Assembly: GCA_033763905.1 (NCBI GenBank)
Contig: JANRJP010000032.1
Span: forward strand, 1-43,101
Direction of reading: 5' to 3'
DNA from: Gemmatimonadaceae bacterium
Lineage (GTDB): Bacteria > Gemmatimonadota > Gemmatimonadetes > Gemmatimonadales > Gemmatimonadaceae
DNA: 43,101 nt
Below, piece after piece: positions 18,606 through 27,907 of this stretch; positions within the stretch are counted from its first letter, which is position 1, and each line of letters opens with the position of its first letter. Both the position numbers and the translations under genes were made by a program. The notes beneath the pieces were generated by a model. The model had not been told where the DNA came from. It saw nothing but the letters and a program-made list of their open reading frames with translations, and did not search any database.

Positions 18606-19516
18606 CAGTGGGTGGGCGTCGCGAGGAGGGCGCGCGCGATGCGTGCCGTGCGCGCGTGGATCGCGACCGTGTCGTGGATGTCCGTCCCGTACCCACCGGC
18701 AATCACAATGCAGACGGGAATCCCGATCGCGCGGCAGCTGTCGAGCACATAATGGTCCCGCCGCGCGAGTCCGTCGAACGTGAGCGCGAGCCGTCCCAGG
18801 CGATCGCGTTCGTGTGCGTCGGCGCCGGCCAGATAGAAGACCATATCGGGTCGGGCGGCGGCCAACACGCCGGGCAGCGCGGCGGCAAGCGCGGCGAGAT
18901 AGGCCTCGTCGCCCGTGCGGTCCTCGAGCTCGATATCGAGCGTCCCAGGCACCTTGTGAAACGGGAAGTTCCGTTCGCCGTGCATCGAAAAGGTGTACAC
19001 GCTGGCATCGTCGGCGAACACGGCGTGGGTGCCATTGCCCTGGTGCACGTCCAGATCCACCACCGCCGCCCGACCGATGCGTCCGTCGGCCTGCAGATCC
19101 CGGATCGCGACGGCGACGTCATTGAACACACAGAACCCTTCGCCGCGATCAGCGAACGCGTGATGCGTGCCGCCGGCGAGGTTCATCGCGATGCCGTCGC
19201 GCAGCGCGGCGTCCGCTGCAGCGATCGTACCGCCCGTGGCGCGCAGCGAGCGCTCGGCGAGTGCCGGGCTCCACGGGAACCCGAGTCGGCGCTGCGCGGC
19301 CGGATCCAGCGTGCCGCTGAGCACCGCATCGACGTATGTCGACGTGTGCACGCGGTGCAGCTGCGCGCGTGTGGCACGCGGTGGGTCTTCGACCTGCGCG
19401 CTCCCGTCGGCTTCGACCGCGCGCCGCAGCAAGGCGTACTTCTCGATCGGAAAGCGATGCCCCGGCGGCAGGGGAACGACGTAGGCCGCCGACGACCACG
19501 CGCGAAGCATCGCCAC
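18605..19516 (-). CDS. Histone deacetylase-family (Zn-dependent) deacylase
   Basis: HRFPIEKY, GGTHHA, GFCVFND, DLDVHQGNGT, GAD..DRLG and GGY. Confidence 0.95.
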   Translation of the reverse strand: MAMLRAWSSAAYVVPLPPGHRFPIEKYALLRRAVEADGSAQVEDPPRATRAQLHRVHTSTYVDAVLSGTLDPAAQRRLGFPWSPALAERSLRATGGTIAAADAALRDGIAMNLAGGTHHAFADRGEGFCVFNDVAVAIRDLQADGRIGRAAVVDLDVHQGNGTHAVFADDASVYTFSMHGERNFPFHKVPGTLDIELEDRTGDEAYLAALAAALPGVLAAARPDMVFYLAGADAHERDRLGRLALTFDGLARRDHYVLDSCRAIGIPVCIVIAGGYGTDIHDTVAIHARTARIARALLATPTH

Positions 19517-19542
19517 GCAGGAGGCGGCGGGTCCGCGATCGG

Positions 19543-20829
19543 TCAGCCGCCGCGACGGCCGAGCACGACCGTCACGGGGACACGTTGTCCGGCGCGCAGC
19601 ACGACGACCTTGACGGTGTCCCCCGGCGCATAGGCGGCGATGGCGTCGGTGTACTGGTACAAGTCGCCAACCTTCATGCCGCCGAACTCCACGATGATGT
19701 CATCGGCCTTCAGTCCCGCGACATCCGCCGGACTGCCTGCGCGCACGCCGGTGAGCCGAAGCCCGGTGCCGTCGCCGGCGGCCATATCCGGAATGGACCC
19801 GAGGTACGCGCCGCGGCCGGCACGCGGCTGCGCGGCCGTGCGCTCCGGCGTTTTCTGGAACGTCAGCCGAGTGCCGCGATTCGCCAAGGCACGAATCACG
19901 TCGGCGGCGAAGTCGACAATGCGCGCTTCGCCCGCCGCGTTGATCCGCTCCACATCGTCGGACGCGCGATGGTAGTCGCCGTGCGTGCCACTGAAGAAAT
20001 GCAGGACCGGTAGATCCTTGCCATAGAACGAGCTGTGGTCCGACCGACCGAAGCCGTCGCCGTTGGCCGTGAGTCGGAACTTGTACTTCGTGTTGGTCTC
20101 GTCGAGCAGCGCCGGAAACTCGGCGGCCGTCGCCGTCCCGAAAATCTGCAGCTGTTCGCGGTCGAGACGGCCGACCATATCGAAGTTCACCATCGCGATC
20201 GACTGGCCAATCGGAACCGGCGGCTGGGCCACGAAGTGCGCCGAGCCAAGCAGCCCCATCTCTTCGCCGCTGAACGCGACGAAGAGAATCGGCCGCTGCG
20301 CCGGCTGGCGGGCAAACAGGCGCGCCAGCTCGAGGACCGCCGCCGTGCCCGAGGCGTTGTCGTCGGCGCCATTGCGAATGACGGCTCCAGCGTCCGGATC
20401 GAGCGCGCCGATCGTGTCACGCCCGAGATGGTCGTAGTGCGCGCCGACGATCACGAACTCGGTCGCGAGGGCCGGGTTGGTGCCGCGGACGACACCGACC
20501 ACATTGCGCGTCGGCAATTCAAATCGCTTGCCCGCCCGTTGCAGGACGAGCGACCGCGCGGTGTACGGCTGGTACCAGCAGCCGAGGTCGCGCTCACAGG
20601 GCGCGCCGACGGGCGACAGCCGGAGGGCCGCGAAGCGTCGGGCAATGAAGGCCGCCGCCGAGTCGTCTCCGGCGGTGCCGGTGCCGCGGCCTTCGCGACG
20701 GTCGTCGGCGAGCCACGCGATGTCGCGCCGAATGGCCGACGAGTCGGCCGCGGCCGGGCCCGGAATCGGCGTGGACGCCGCGTTGCGGCAGGCGGCGACG
20801 AGCAAGAGAGCAACGAAGGGGCGGCGCAT
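19543..20829 (-). CDS. M28 family aminopeptidase lipoprotein with C-terminal PDZ domain
   Basis: Lipobox VAAC, GAHYDHLG, NGADDNASG, GEEMGLLGS, NFDMVGR, SDH and DYH, then PDZ YLGSIPD...GSPADVAGL. Confidence 0.92.
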   Translation of the reverse strand: MRRPFVALLLVAACRNAASTPIPGPAAADSSAIRRDIAWLADDRREGRGTGTAGDDSAAAFIARRFAALRLSPVGAPCERDLGCWYQPYTARSLVLQRAGKRFELPTRNVVGVVRGTNPALATEFVIVGAHYDHLGRDTIGALDPDAGAVIRNGADDNASGTAAVLELARLFARQPAQRPILFVAFSGEEMGLLGSAHFVAQPPVPIGQSIAMVNFDMVGRLDREQLQIFGTATAAEFPALLDETNTKYKFRLTANGDGFGRSDHSSFYGKDLPVLHFFSGTHGDYHRASDDVERINAAGEARIVDFAADVIRALANRGTRLTFQKTPERTAAQPRAGRGAYLGSIPDMAAGDGTGLRLTGVRAGSPADVAGLKADDIIVEFGGMKVGDLYQYTDAIAAYAPGDTVKVVVLRAGQRVPVTVVLGRRGG

Positions 20830-20957
20830 CGGGACGTCGAGTGGGAGGAACCAGTAATCTCGCCCAGTGCGGCTCGGCGGACCACGGGAAGGATACGGAG
20901 CCGCGGGCGCGTGGTGCTGGCGCCGCGTCGTCGGACGGCTGATCTTGCACACGACGT

Positions 20958-22604
20958 ATGGCCTCCGGAATCACGTTCGCCCGGCATTTCGCGATTCTCG
21001 TCTCGTCGTTCGGCTTCGGCCGCGCGACGGTCGAGGAGCAGAAGCTCAACCTGCGTGCGGCCGTCGCCGCGACGAAGGGTGGCGCGGTCCGGCTCTTCGT
21101 CGAGCACCAAACGCTCTACGCGAACGACGAGCCGGTGTCGCCGATCTTCAGCGGGGTGCGCGAATTGCTCGTGCAGCTCGACGGTCACGGCGTCGCCGGC
21201 ATCCAGGCTGCCGAGGCGACTGCGCCGGCAGACCTGTTGCTCTTGGCCCGAAGCTTGGCGGCGCCCTTCGGCGACGGCAGTCGGCTCGAGCGGGACCTGG
21301 TGGCGGCGGCACCGCCAACGATCCGGGTCGCTTTCGCCATCGACCAGACGGTGCCGCTCGCGCCGGCCGAGGCGCCGAAGCCGATCATCTCGTTGGATCC
21401 AGAGCCCACGCCAGCGGTGGGGACAGCGCCGCTCGTGGTTGCCGATGCCCCGCCCGCGACCGATGCCCCTGCCGTCGCGACCCCCGATGCCCCGCTCGCG
21501 GCGAAACCGACGCCAGAACCGATGCCCGCCGTCGCGGCCGACGCCGCCACGGTGTTCTCGGCACTCGCGGGCGCGCGCACGGTTCGCGAAGCGATTCCGG
21601 AACTACTCGCCTCGCTCCACGGCGAAACGTCGGCGGCACGACTCGCACGGACCCTCGACGAAATCAGCACCTTTGCGGAAGTGGCGCAGCGCGAAGGCCG
21701 GCACGACGACACCGTGATGGCCTACCACGGCATCGTCGAGCGCGAGGCCGCGGCAGAGGGCGTGGAGCAACGTCGGGCCTTCATCGTGGCCTTGCGACGC
21801 CTGGCCAAGCCGGCCGTGCTCGACGCGGTGGTTCGACAGGCGGTCTCGGTGGAGCCAGCGATGCCGACCGCCGTCGCGATTCTGCAGCGCCTCGGCGACG
21901 ACGCGGTGCTCGCGGTCGCGACGCGCGCCGTCAGCGCGCGGACGCCGGACGACCGGAGTCGACTCGAACACTTGCTCCGGACGTTGCCGAACGCGGCGAC
22001 CGCACTGGGGCAGATCGTCGCGACGGCGAAGCCGGCCATTGGCCGAGCGGCCGCCCGTCTCGCGGCAGACATCGGCGCGGCTGATGCCGAAGCGGGCCTG
22101 CTGCAGGCGTTGGAGCAGGCGGCGGTGGACGTGCGGCGCGATGCGTTGGCTGCGCTCGCGGTGCTGGCGACGCCGCGCGCGGCAGAGGCGCATACTCGCG
22201 CGTTGCACGACGACGAGGTCGTGGTGCGGCTTCAGGCGGCGGCGGGGCTCGCGCTGCTTCGACCGGCTGGCGCGGCTTCGACGCTCGGTGTTGCACTGCG
22301 TGACGAGGCCGACACCGAGGTGCAGGTGGCCTTGGTGCAAGCCATCGGGCGCACCGCGCAACCCGAGGCGCTGGAACTGCTCGTGCACGCGGCCGAGCCC
22401 GCGAAGGGTGTGTTTCGCCGCAAGTCGCTGGCCCTGCGCGTCGCCGCCGTGCACGCCCTGGCGCAACTGCGCATCCCCGGGGTCAGCGCGGCACTGCAGA
22501 ACCTCGCGCAGGACAAGGAGCGGGCCGTTCGCGATGCGCTCGCGCAAGCGACCCGCATTCAGGGACGCCGCACGACGCGCTCGATGATGGCGATTCCCGG
22601 CTGA
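20958..22604 (+). CDS. HEAT-repeat-containing protein
   Basis: C-terminal repeats VRRDALAAL, VVRLQAAAGL, VQVALVQAIG, LRVAAVHALA and DKERAVR, with a Pro/Ala linker. Confidence 0.8.
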   Translation: MASGITFARHFAILVSSFGFGRATVEEQKLNLRAAVAATKGGAVRLFVEHQTLYANDEPVSPIFSGVRELLVQLDGHGVAGIQAAEATAPADLLLLARSLAAPFGDGSRLERDLVAAAPPTIRVAFAIDQTVPLAPAEAPKPIISLDPEPTPAVGTAPLVVADAPPATDAPAVATPDAPLAAKPTPEPMPAVAADAATVFSALAGARTVREAIPELLASLHGETSAARLARTLDEISTFAEVAQREGRHDDTVMAYHGIVEREAAAEGVEQRRAFIVALRRLAKPAVLDAVVRQAVSVEPAMPTAVAILQRLGDDAVLAVATRAVSARTPDDRSRLEHLLRTLPNAATALGQIVATAKPAIGRAAARLAADIGAADAEAGLLQALEQAAVDVRRDALAALAVLATPRAAEAHTRALHDDEVVVRLQAAAGLALLRPAGAASTLGVALRDEADTEVQVALVQAIGRTAQPEALELLVHAAEPAKGVFRRKSLALRVAAVHALAQLRIPGVSAALQNLAQDKERAVRDALAQATRIQGRRTTRSMMAIPG

Positions 22605-22616
22605 GCGGGACTGATC

Positions 22617-23693
22617 CTACTGCGGCTTGAGCGCCGTCGTCGAGGTGATCTGGCGGCACGCGGCCGCCAGCAGGTTCGCCGCGTGGTCCAAGTCCCGCAG
22701 CGACACCATCTCGTTCGGCGAATGCATATAGCGGTTCGGGACCGACACGAGGCCCGTCGCGATGCCATTGCGCGCGACCATCACGTAGTCCGCGTCGGTG
22801 CTCGTCAGCTTGCCGGCCGCCTGCACGGAGTAGGGAATCTGCTCGCGCTCGGCCGTGTCACGCAGGACGTCGAACACGATCGGCGAGATGACCGACCCGC
22901 GGGTCAGCACCGGGCCGCCACCCAGGGGATGGTGCCCGTGCTCCTTCTTCTCGACCGTCGGGTGGTCGGTCGCGAAGGTGACATCCACCACCAGGCCGAC
23001 ATCCGCGCGCGTCGATGACGCGCCGGGCAGCATCCCGCCGCCGGTCAATCCGATTTCCTCGCGCGAGGACGCAATGGCGACCACACGCGCCGTGCCCGGT
23101 CGCTCCGCGTAGCGCCGCAGGGCTTCGAGCACCACGAACGCACCGATCCGGTTGTCGATCGCGCGCGAGACGATGCGGTCATTCGGCAGTTCAAGCACCG
23201 GTTGCTCGATGACGCCCGCGTCGCCGACGCGCAGGCGCGCCTCGGCTTCAGCCCGATTCGCCGCGCCAATGTCGACCCACAGATCGGTCATCTTCGACGC
23301 CTTCTCGCGGTCGTCCGCCTTCATCAGGTGAATCGGCTTCTTGCCGATCACGCCGACGACGGGGCCGGCACGTCCCGCGAAGCGGACACGCTGTCCCACC
23401 AGCACCTGCGGATCCCATCCGCCGATCGGCCCGATCCACGCGAAGCCATCGTCGTCGATCCACGTGACGATCACCCCGATCTCGTCGATGTGGCCAGCCA
23501 GCAGAATGGTCGGCACCTCGGTGTCGTCACGATCACCGACCCACGCAAAGCTGTTGCCCACCAGGTCGGTTTCGACGCGCGCGAAGGCGCGTGCCTGCTC
23601 GCGCCACACCTGCGCAGCAGCATCTTCGAATCCGGACGGACCGGTCGCCTCCAAGAGGCGGCGGAGGAAGGCAACGGACGATGGAGCAAGCAT
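22617..23693 (-). CDS. M42 family metallopeptidase
   Basis: GPSGFE, GHIDEIG, IGGWDPQ, RAIDNRIG, REEIG, VDVT and RYMHSPNE. Confidence 0.93.
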   Translation of the reverse strand: MLAPSSVAFLRRLLEATGPSGFEDAAAQVWREQARAFARVETDLVGNSFAWVGDRDDTEVPTILLAGHIDEIGVIVTWIDDDGFAWIGPIGGWDPQVLVGQRVRFAGRAGPVVGVIGKKPIHLMKADDREKASKMTDLWVDIGAANRAEAEARLRVGDAGVIEQPVLELPNDRIVSRAIDNRIGAFVVLEALRRYAERPGTARVVAIASSREEIGLTGGGMLPGASSTRADVGLVVDVTFATDHPTVEKKEHGHHPLGGGPVLTRGSVISPIVFDVLRDTAEREQIPYSVQAAGKLTSTDADYVMVARNGIATGLVSVPNRYMHSPNEMVSLRDLDHAANLLAAACRQITSTTALKPQ

Positions 23694-23787
23694 ACGGTTC
23701 GTGCGGTGGAAGTCGACGGAAGCCTACACCAATCGGTACGCGGCGGTAGCGCCTTGTGTTGCGGGGCGGACCACGCCAGCCTTTGGG

Positions 23788-24195
23788 ATGACTCTGACGT
23801 TTCTGCTCATCGGATTCGCCGCCGGCATCCTGTCGGGCCTGTTCGGCATTGGCGGTGGGATCGTGATCGTGCCCGCGCTGCTGTACTTCGGGAAGTTCGC
23901 CCAGCAATCGGCCACCGGCACGTCGCTCGGCGCCCTGCTGTTGCCGGTCGGCCTCCTCGGGGCCTACACCTACTGGAAGGCCGGTCACGTCGACGTGAAA
24001 GCGTCCGCGCTGATCGCGACGGGGTTGTTCTTCGGGGCGTATCTTGGCGCACGGGTGGCGTTGGGCACGAGCGGCCCCACGCTCAAGCGTGCGTTCGCGG
24101 TCTTTCTGGTGCTGGTGGCGGCGAAACTGTTCTGGGATACGCGCCCGGCGTCGGCGGCACCGGCGGTCGTGCCCCCGCCCACCAGCCCCGGCTGA
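23788..24195 (+). CDS. TauE/SafE (sulfite exporter) family membrane protein, half-length
   Basis: GFAAGILSGLFGIGGGIVIVP and ATGTSL in a 135-aa protein. Confidence 0.88.
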   Translation: MTLTFLLIGFAAGILSGLFGIGGGIVIVPALLYFGKFAQQSATGTSLGALLLPVGLLGAYTYWKAGHVDVKASALIATGLFFGAYLGARVALGTSGPTLKRAFAVFLVLVAAKLFWDTRPASAAPAVVPPPTSPG

Positions 24196-24201
24196 CGCGG
24201 G

Positions 24202-24579
24202 TCAGTTTCGCGGGGCGGGAAAGAGCAACGCGGCGGCGGCGAAAATCACCAAGCCCACGAGCAAGAGCGTGGGCACGCCGGTCACGATCAGATACGCCGC
24301 ACCGAAGATCGCCGGGACTTCGCCGAGTGCCCATCCCACGAGGAGGCTGGGCGCGTCGCCCTTTTCGATCTTGTCTTGCCGGATGAAGCGCCACACCGCC
24401 AGCGCGGTCAGGGCCACGCCCCACACGCCCCAGGCCGCATACGTGAGTTCGCGCGGCGGCGGCGCGGTATCCACCGGCCGCGACTGACTGACGAACCACG
24501 CCATCCCGGAGAAGGCGAGGACGCCGGCGCCCATCGCCAGCCGGATGATTGCGAGTTGTGCGCGCTTGTTCGTCGCCAT
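24202..24579 (-). CDS. Hypothetical membrane protein
   Basis: 125 aa with about 4 hydrophobic segments, starting 1 nt after the amidohydrolase stop. Confidence 0.7.
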   Translation of the reverse strand: MATNKRAQLAIIRLAMGAGVLAFSGMAWFVSQSRPVDTAPPPRELTYAAWGVWGVALTALAVWRFIRQDKIEKGDAPSLLVGWALGEVPAIFGAAYLIVTGVPTLLLVGLVIFAAAALLFPAPRN

Positions 24580-24580
24580 A

Positions 24581-26317
24581 TCACTTCGCCTCGTAGACGA
24601 GCTTGCCGCCGACCCACGTCTGCAGCACCCGCGTGCGCAGCACCGCCTCGGCGGGCACGGTGAGAATGTCCTGATCGAGCAAGACGAAGTCGGCGCGCTT
24701 GCCCGGCGTCAGGGACCCTAACTCGCGCTCTTGAAAGGCCGCGACGGCCGGCCAGAGCGTCATCGAGCGCAGGGCTTCTTCACGCGTCATCCGCTGCTCG
24801 GGGTGCCAGCCTCCTGCCGGCCAGTTCTGCTCATCCTGACGCGCGATGCTGGCGTGGAACGAGATCAGCGGGTTGACCGCTTCCACCGGAAAGTCGCTGC
24901 CATTCGGGACGATCGCACCGAGGTCGATCAGGCTACGCCAGGCGTAGGCGCCGAGCACGCGGGTGCCGCCGAGGCGCTGTTCCGCCCAATACATATCGCT
25001 CGTCTGATGGCTGGCCTGCATCGACGGAATCACGCCAAGCGTCACGAACCGGGGCTGGTCGGCCGGACTGATGATCTGCGCGTGTTCGACGCGGAAGCGA
25101 TGATCCGGGACCGGGACCTTCGCGAGCGCCTGTTCGTAGGCGTCGAGCACGTTGCGGTTGGCGCGATCTCCGATCGCGTGGGTGTTCACCTGGAAGCCGG
25201 TGCGCAGCGCACGCACCGCGACATCGACGATGTGCCCGATGTCGGAGATCACCAGCCCGCGGTTGTGCGGATCGTCGCTGTAGGGGTCGAGTAGCGCCGC
25301 GCCGCGAGAACCGAGCGCGCCGTCGCCGTAGAGCTTGATGCTGCGCACCCACAGCCGACCATCGCCGGCGGCGATCAGCGGTCCGCGCTTGAACCACGCG
25401 GCGAGCGTGGCCGAGTCGTCCCCGATCATCACGTTGAGTCGGTGGTCGTAGGCGCCGGCCTTCGCGAGAGCTTCCATCTGTGCCAGGGTCTGCGCGCTGG
25501 CGCCGGCGTCGTGCACCCCGGTGAGGCCCCAGCGCTGCATTTCCTTTACCGCTGCGAGCACGGCGTCGCGGACCTCGGTATCGGACAGCGGCGGAATACG
25601 GGATTCGACGAGCTCGGCCGCGCGGTCGACGAAGACGCCCGTCGGAGCGCCCGACGCGTCGCGCTCGATGCGGCCGCCGGCGGGGTCCTTGGCGTCTCGC
25701 GTCACGCCAGCCACTCGCATCGCTGCTGCATTGGCGAGCGTGGCGTGGCCATCGACACGGTCCAGCGCGACGGGATGATCCGGTACGGCCTTCGAGAGTG
25801 CCTCGTGCGTGGGAAAGGCGGTATTGCCCCAATCGTTCTGGTCCCAGCCACGACCCAGAATCCACTGCCCCTTCGGTGTCGTGCGCGCCCGCTCCACGAC
25901 ACGCGCGATCACCTCGTCGTACGACGTGGTGCCCACGAGATTCACCCGACGCAACGTCACGCCCAAGCCGACGACGTGTCCGTGCGCGTCGGTCATCCCC
26001 GGGATGATCGTGCGTCCGCCGGCATCGATCACGCGCGTGGCCGGGCCGCGATGCGCTGCCGCCATTCGCGCGGGTCCGACGAAGAGCACGCGCCCGTCCT
26101 TCACCGCCAAGGCCTCGGCACGCGGTCGCGCCTCGTCCACGGTGTAGATGCGGGCGTTCGTCACCAAGATATCGGCGACCGGGAGTGTCGGCGCGGTGGA
26201 CTGGGCGCGACTGACCATCGGCAGCGCCGCGACGAGGGGCAGGAGCAGCAGCGGACGCATCACGGGCATCGATCGAAGGGCGGGAAGAACGTGTGGCGCC
26301 GCCCGATCCGGCGGCAT
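24581..26317 (-). CDS. Exported amidohydrolase 3 (YtcJ-like)
   Basis: PGMTDAHGH, KLYGDGALGSRGAAL, THAIGDRAN, RVEHAQ, GSDFPVE and GKRADFV. Signal peptide MRPLLLLPLVAALP. Start is 26317 (after -10 TAGTTT) or 26269/26260. Confidence 0.9.
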   Translation of the reverse strand: MPPDRAAPHVLPALRSMPVMRPLLLLPLVAALPMVSRAQSTAPTLPVADILVTNARIYTVDEARPRAEALAVKDGRVLFVGPARMAAAHRGPATRVIDAGGRTIIPGMTDAHGHVVGLGVTLRRVNLVGTTSYDEVIARVVERARTTPKGQWILGRGWDQNDWGNTAFPTHEALSKAVPDHPVALDRVDGHATLANAAAMRVAGVTRDAKDPAGGRIERDASGAPTGVFVDRAAELVESRIPPLSDTEVRDAVLAAVKEMQRWGLTGVHDAGASAQTLAQMEALAKAGAYDHRLNVMIGDDSATLAAWFKRGPLIAAGDGRLWVRSIKLYGDGALGSRGAALLDPYSDDPHNRGLVISDIGHIVDVAVRALRTGFQVNTHAIGDRANRNVLDAYEQALAKVPVPDHRFRVEHAQIISPADQPRFVTLGVIPSMQASHQTSDMYWAEQRLGGTRVLGAYAWRSLIDLGAIVPNGSDFPVEAVNPLISFHASIARQDEQNWPAGGWHPEQRMTREEALRSMTLWPAVAAFQERELGSLTPGKRADFVLLDQDILTVPAEAVLRTRVLQTWVGGKLVYEAK

Positions 26318-26333
26318 TGGTGAAACTACCGCG

Positions 26334-26918
26334 TTACGACGAGGCTGGGGACGACTTGGCTGCCAGCCGGGCCGGCGTTTCGAGCTCGGGGCGCTTGCCG
26401 CGCTTGTCGGCGTAGAACGCGGCAATGCGGGCAAGGTCGGCCTCGATGTCACCGGTGAGGTGGATGGCCGGCCCAAGCCCCGCCCGCTTGCCGGCGTAGT
26501 CGAGGTAGCCAAGCACGAGCGGCACATTGGCGCCGCGCGCGATGTGGTAAAACCCGGACTTCCACCCGTCGGTCTTCTTGCGCGTGCCCTCGGGCGACAT
26601 CACGAGAATCAGCGATTCGCTGGTATTGAACAGCTGGATGGCCTGCTCCACGGCGTTCAGGCGCGCGCCTCGCTGGACGGGAATGCCACCCAGTTTGCGC
26701 ATCAACACACCCAGCGGACCACGAAACAACGAATCCTTGCCGAGGAATCGGATCTGGACCCGCATCGCCATCATATATGGGACCATAAAGACGAAGTCCC
26801 AGTTCGACGTATGCGGCGCACCAATCACCAGCATCTTCTGGAGCGCGGGGAACTCTCCCTCGATCCGCCAGCCGAGCAGTCGATAGAAGCCGAAGCCGAT
26901 CCGTTGACTGAGCGTCAT
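26334..26918 (-). CDS. Lysophospholipid/1-acyl-glycerol-3-phosphate acyltransferase family
   Basis: APHTSNWD, GGIPVQR, SPEGTR and KSGFYHIA. ATGA overlap with the upstream gene. Confidence 0.92.
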   Translation of the reverse strand: MTLSQRIGFGFYRLLGWRIEGEFPALQKMLVIGAPHTSNWDFVFMVPYMMAMRVQIRFLGKDSLFRGPLGVLMRKLGGIPVQRGARLNAVEQAIQLFNTSESLILVMSPEGTRKKTDGWKSGFYHIARGANVPLVLGYLDYAGKRAGLGPAIHLTGDIEADLARIAAFYADKRGKRPELETPARLAAKSSPASS

Positions 26919-27835
26919 CGCCGCGACGGCGTGTCGGACGGCACGCTCGTGATCCACGCGGTCCACCACAGATCGCGCAACATCGCCGCGCCGGCGGCGA
27001 TGCGGGTCGCCGTGAATTCCTTGTGGGCGGTCCCCGCCGTGCCTTCGCCGAAGGGCTCCTGCTTGTCGAGCGTGTACAGCGTCCGCAGCTCCGCGTTGGT
27101 GCGCATCAGGTATGCCATCACGCCGTCGCGCAGCGCCGCGTGCACCGTGGGGGTCTTGGGGACCAGCGGCGTCACATCCCCCTGCGTGATGCGCGCTCGG
27201 ACGTAGGTTCCTTCGAAGCGCGAATGCATTCGGTTGTCGGTCGCGAATCCATCGGGATTCGGACCGACCCACCCGTTGTGGTGAATCGTGGTGTGGTGCG
27301 GATTCGATCCGTCGGTCACGTAGTGGCCGAGAATCCCCGCGTCATTGATGATGCGCTGCTCCAGATACCGGCGCTCCGCGCCCTCGGGCATCTGGCGCCA
27401 CTGACGGAACTGAATCCGCAGTCGCTGCGTGAGTTCGACGATGCGGAACGGCAGAAAGCCCGGCAGTTCCTTCTGCCCGGCGGCGCGCAACGAGTCCAGA
27501 AACGCGACGCGGTTCGGGGCCTTGAGGCTTCCCGGCGTGGTCCACTCGAGGTCGATGTAGTGATCTGGCGCGCTGGCGCCGTTGAGTGCGGGGTCCTGCC
27601 GGGACTCTTCGGCCCCCCGCCAGCGGTCCGGGTCCGGGTTGAGCCAGACCAGCTGGTCGCCCGCCGCCCGGAAGAAGCCGGGCATTTCGGCGGGCAGGGT
27701 CTGCACGGCGGCCTGTGCGGCCATCTTGTGCCCCTGTTCTCCCCAGCGTGCACCGCCGAGGCCGAGGAGCAGAAGACTTGCGGGTAGCACGGCAACGGCC
27801 GCGAGGGGGGAGGGGTAGCGAAACACGGAGCGCAT
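26915..27835 (-). CDS. Secreted S1/P1 nuclease / Zn-phospholipase C fold protein
   Basis: Signal peptide followed by WGEQGH, PDRWR, HYIDLE, GHYVTDGSNPHHTT and MHSRFE. Confidence 0.8.
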   Translation of the reverse strand: MRSVFRYPSPLAAVAVLPASLLLLGLGGARWGEQGHKMAAQAAVQTLPAEMPGFFRAAGDQLVWLNPDPDRWRGAEESRQDPALNGASAPDHYIDLEWTTPGSLKAPNRVAFLDSLRAAGQKELPGFLPFRIVELTQRLRIQFRQWRQMPEGAERRYLEQRIINDAGILGHYVTDGSNPHHTTIHHNGWVGPNPDGFATDNRMHSRFEGTYVRARITQGDVTPLVPKTPTVHAALRDGVMAYLMRTNAELRTLYTLDKQEPFGEGTAGTAHKEFTATRIAAGAAMLRDLWWTAWITSVPSDTPSRR

Positions 27836-27907
27836 AGCGACGTATCCTAATGCACTCCAGCGCGCCGCACCCGCGGTGCCGGAGCCCTCTTCACCTCCTT
27901 GTTGCCG

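Noticed and set aside
21350..21550. Short repeats (CCGATGCCCC-like) as a possible array
   Set aside because: These are coding Pro/Ala linker codons with irregular spacing and no spacers or cas genes, so not CRISPR.
14793..27835. PolX, HEAT protein and S1/P1 nuclease as an anti-phage defence island
   Set aside because: The genes are dispersed among housekeeping functions, with no integrase, no visible compositional shift and no recognisable defence domains.
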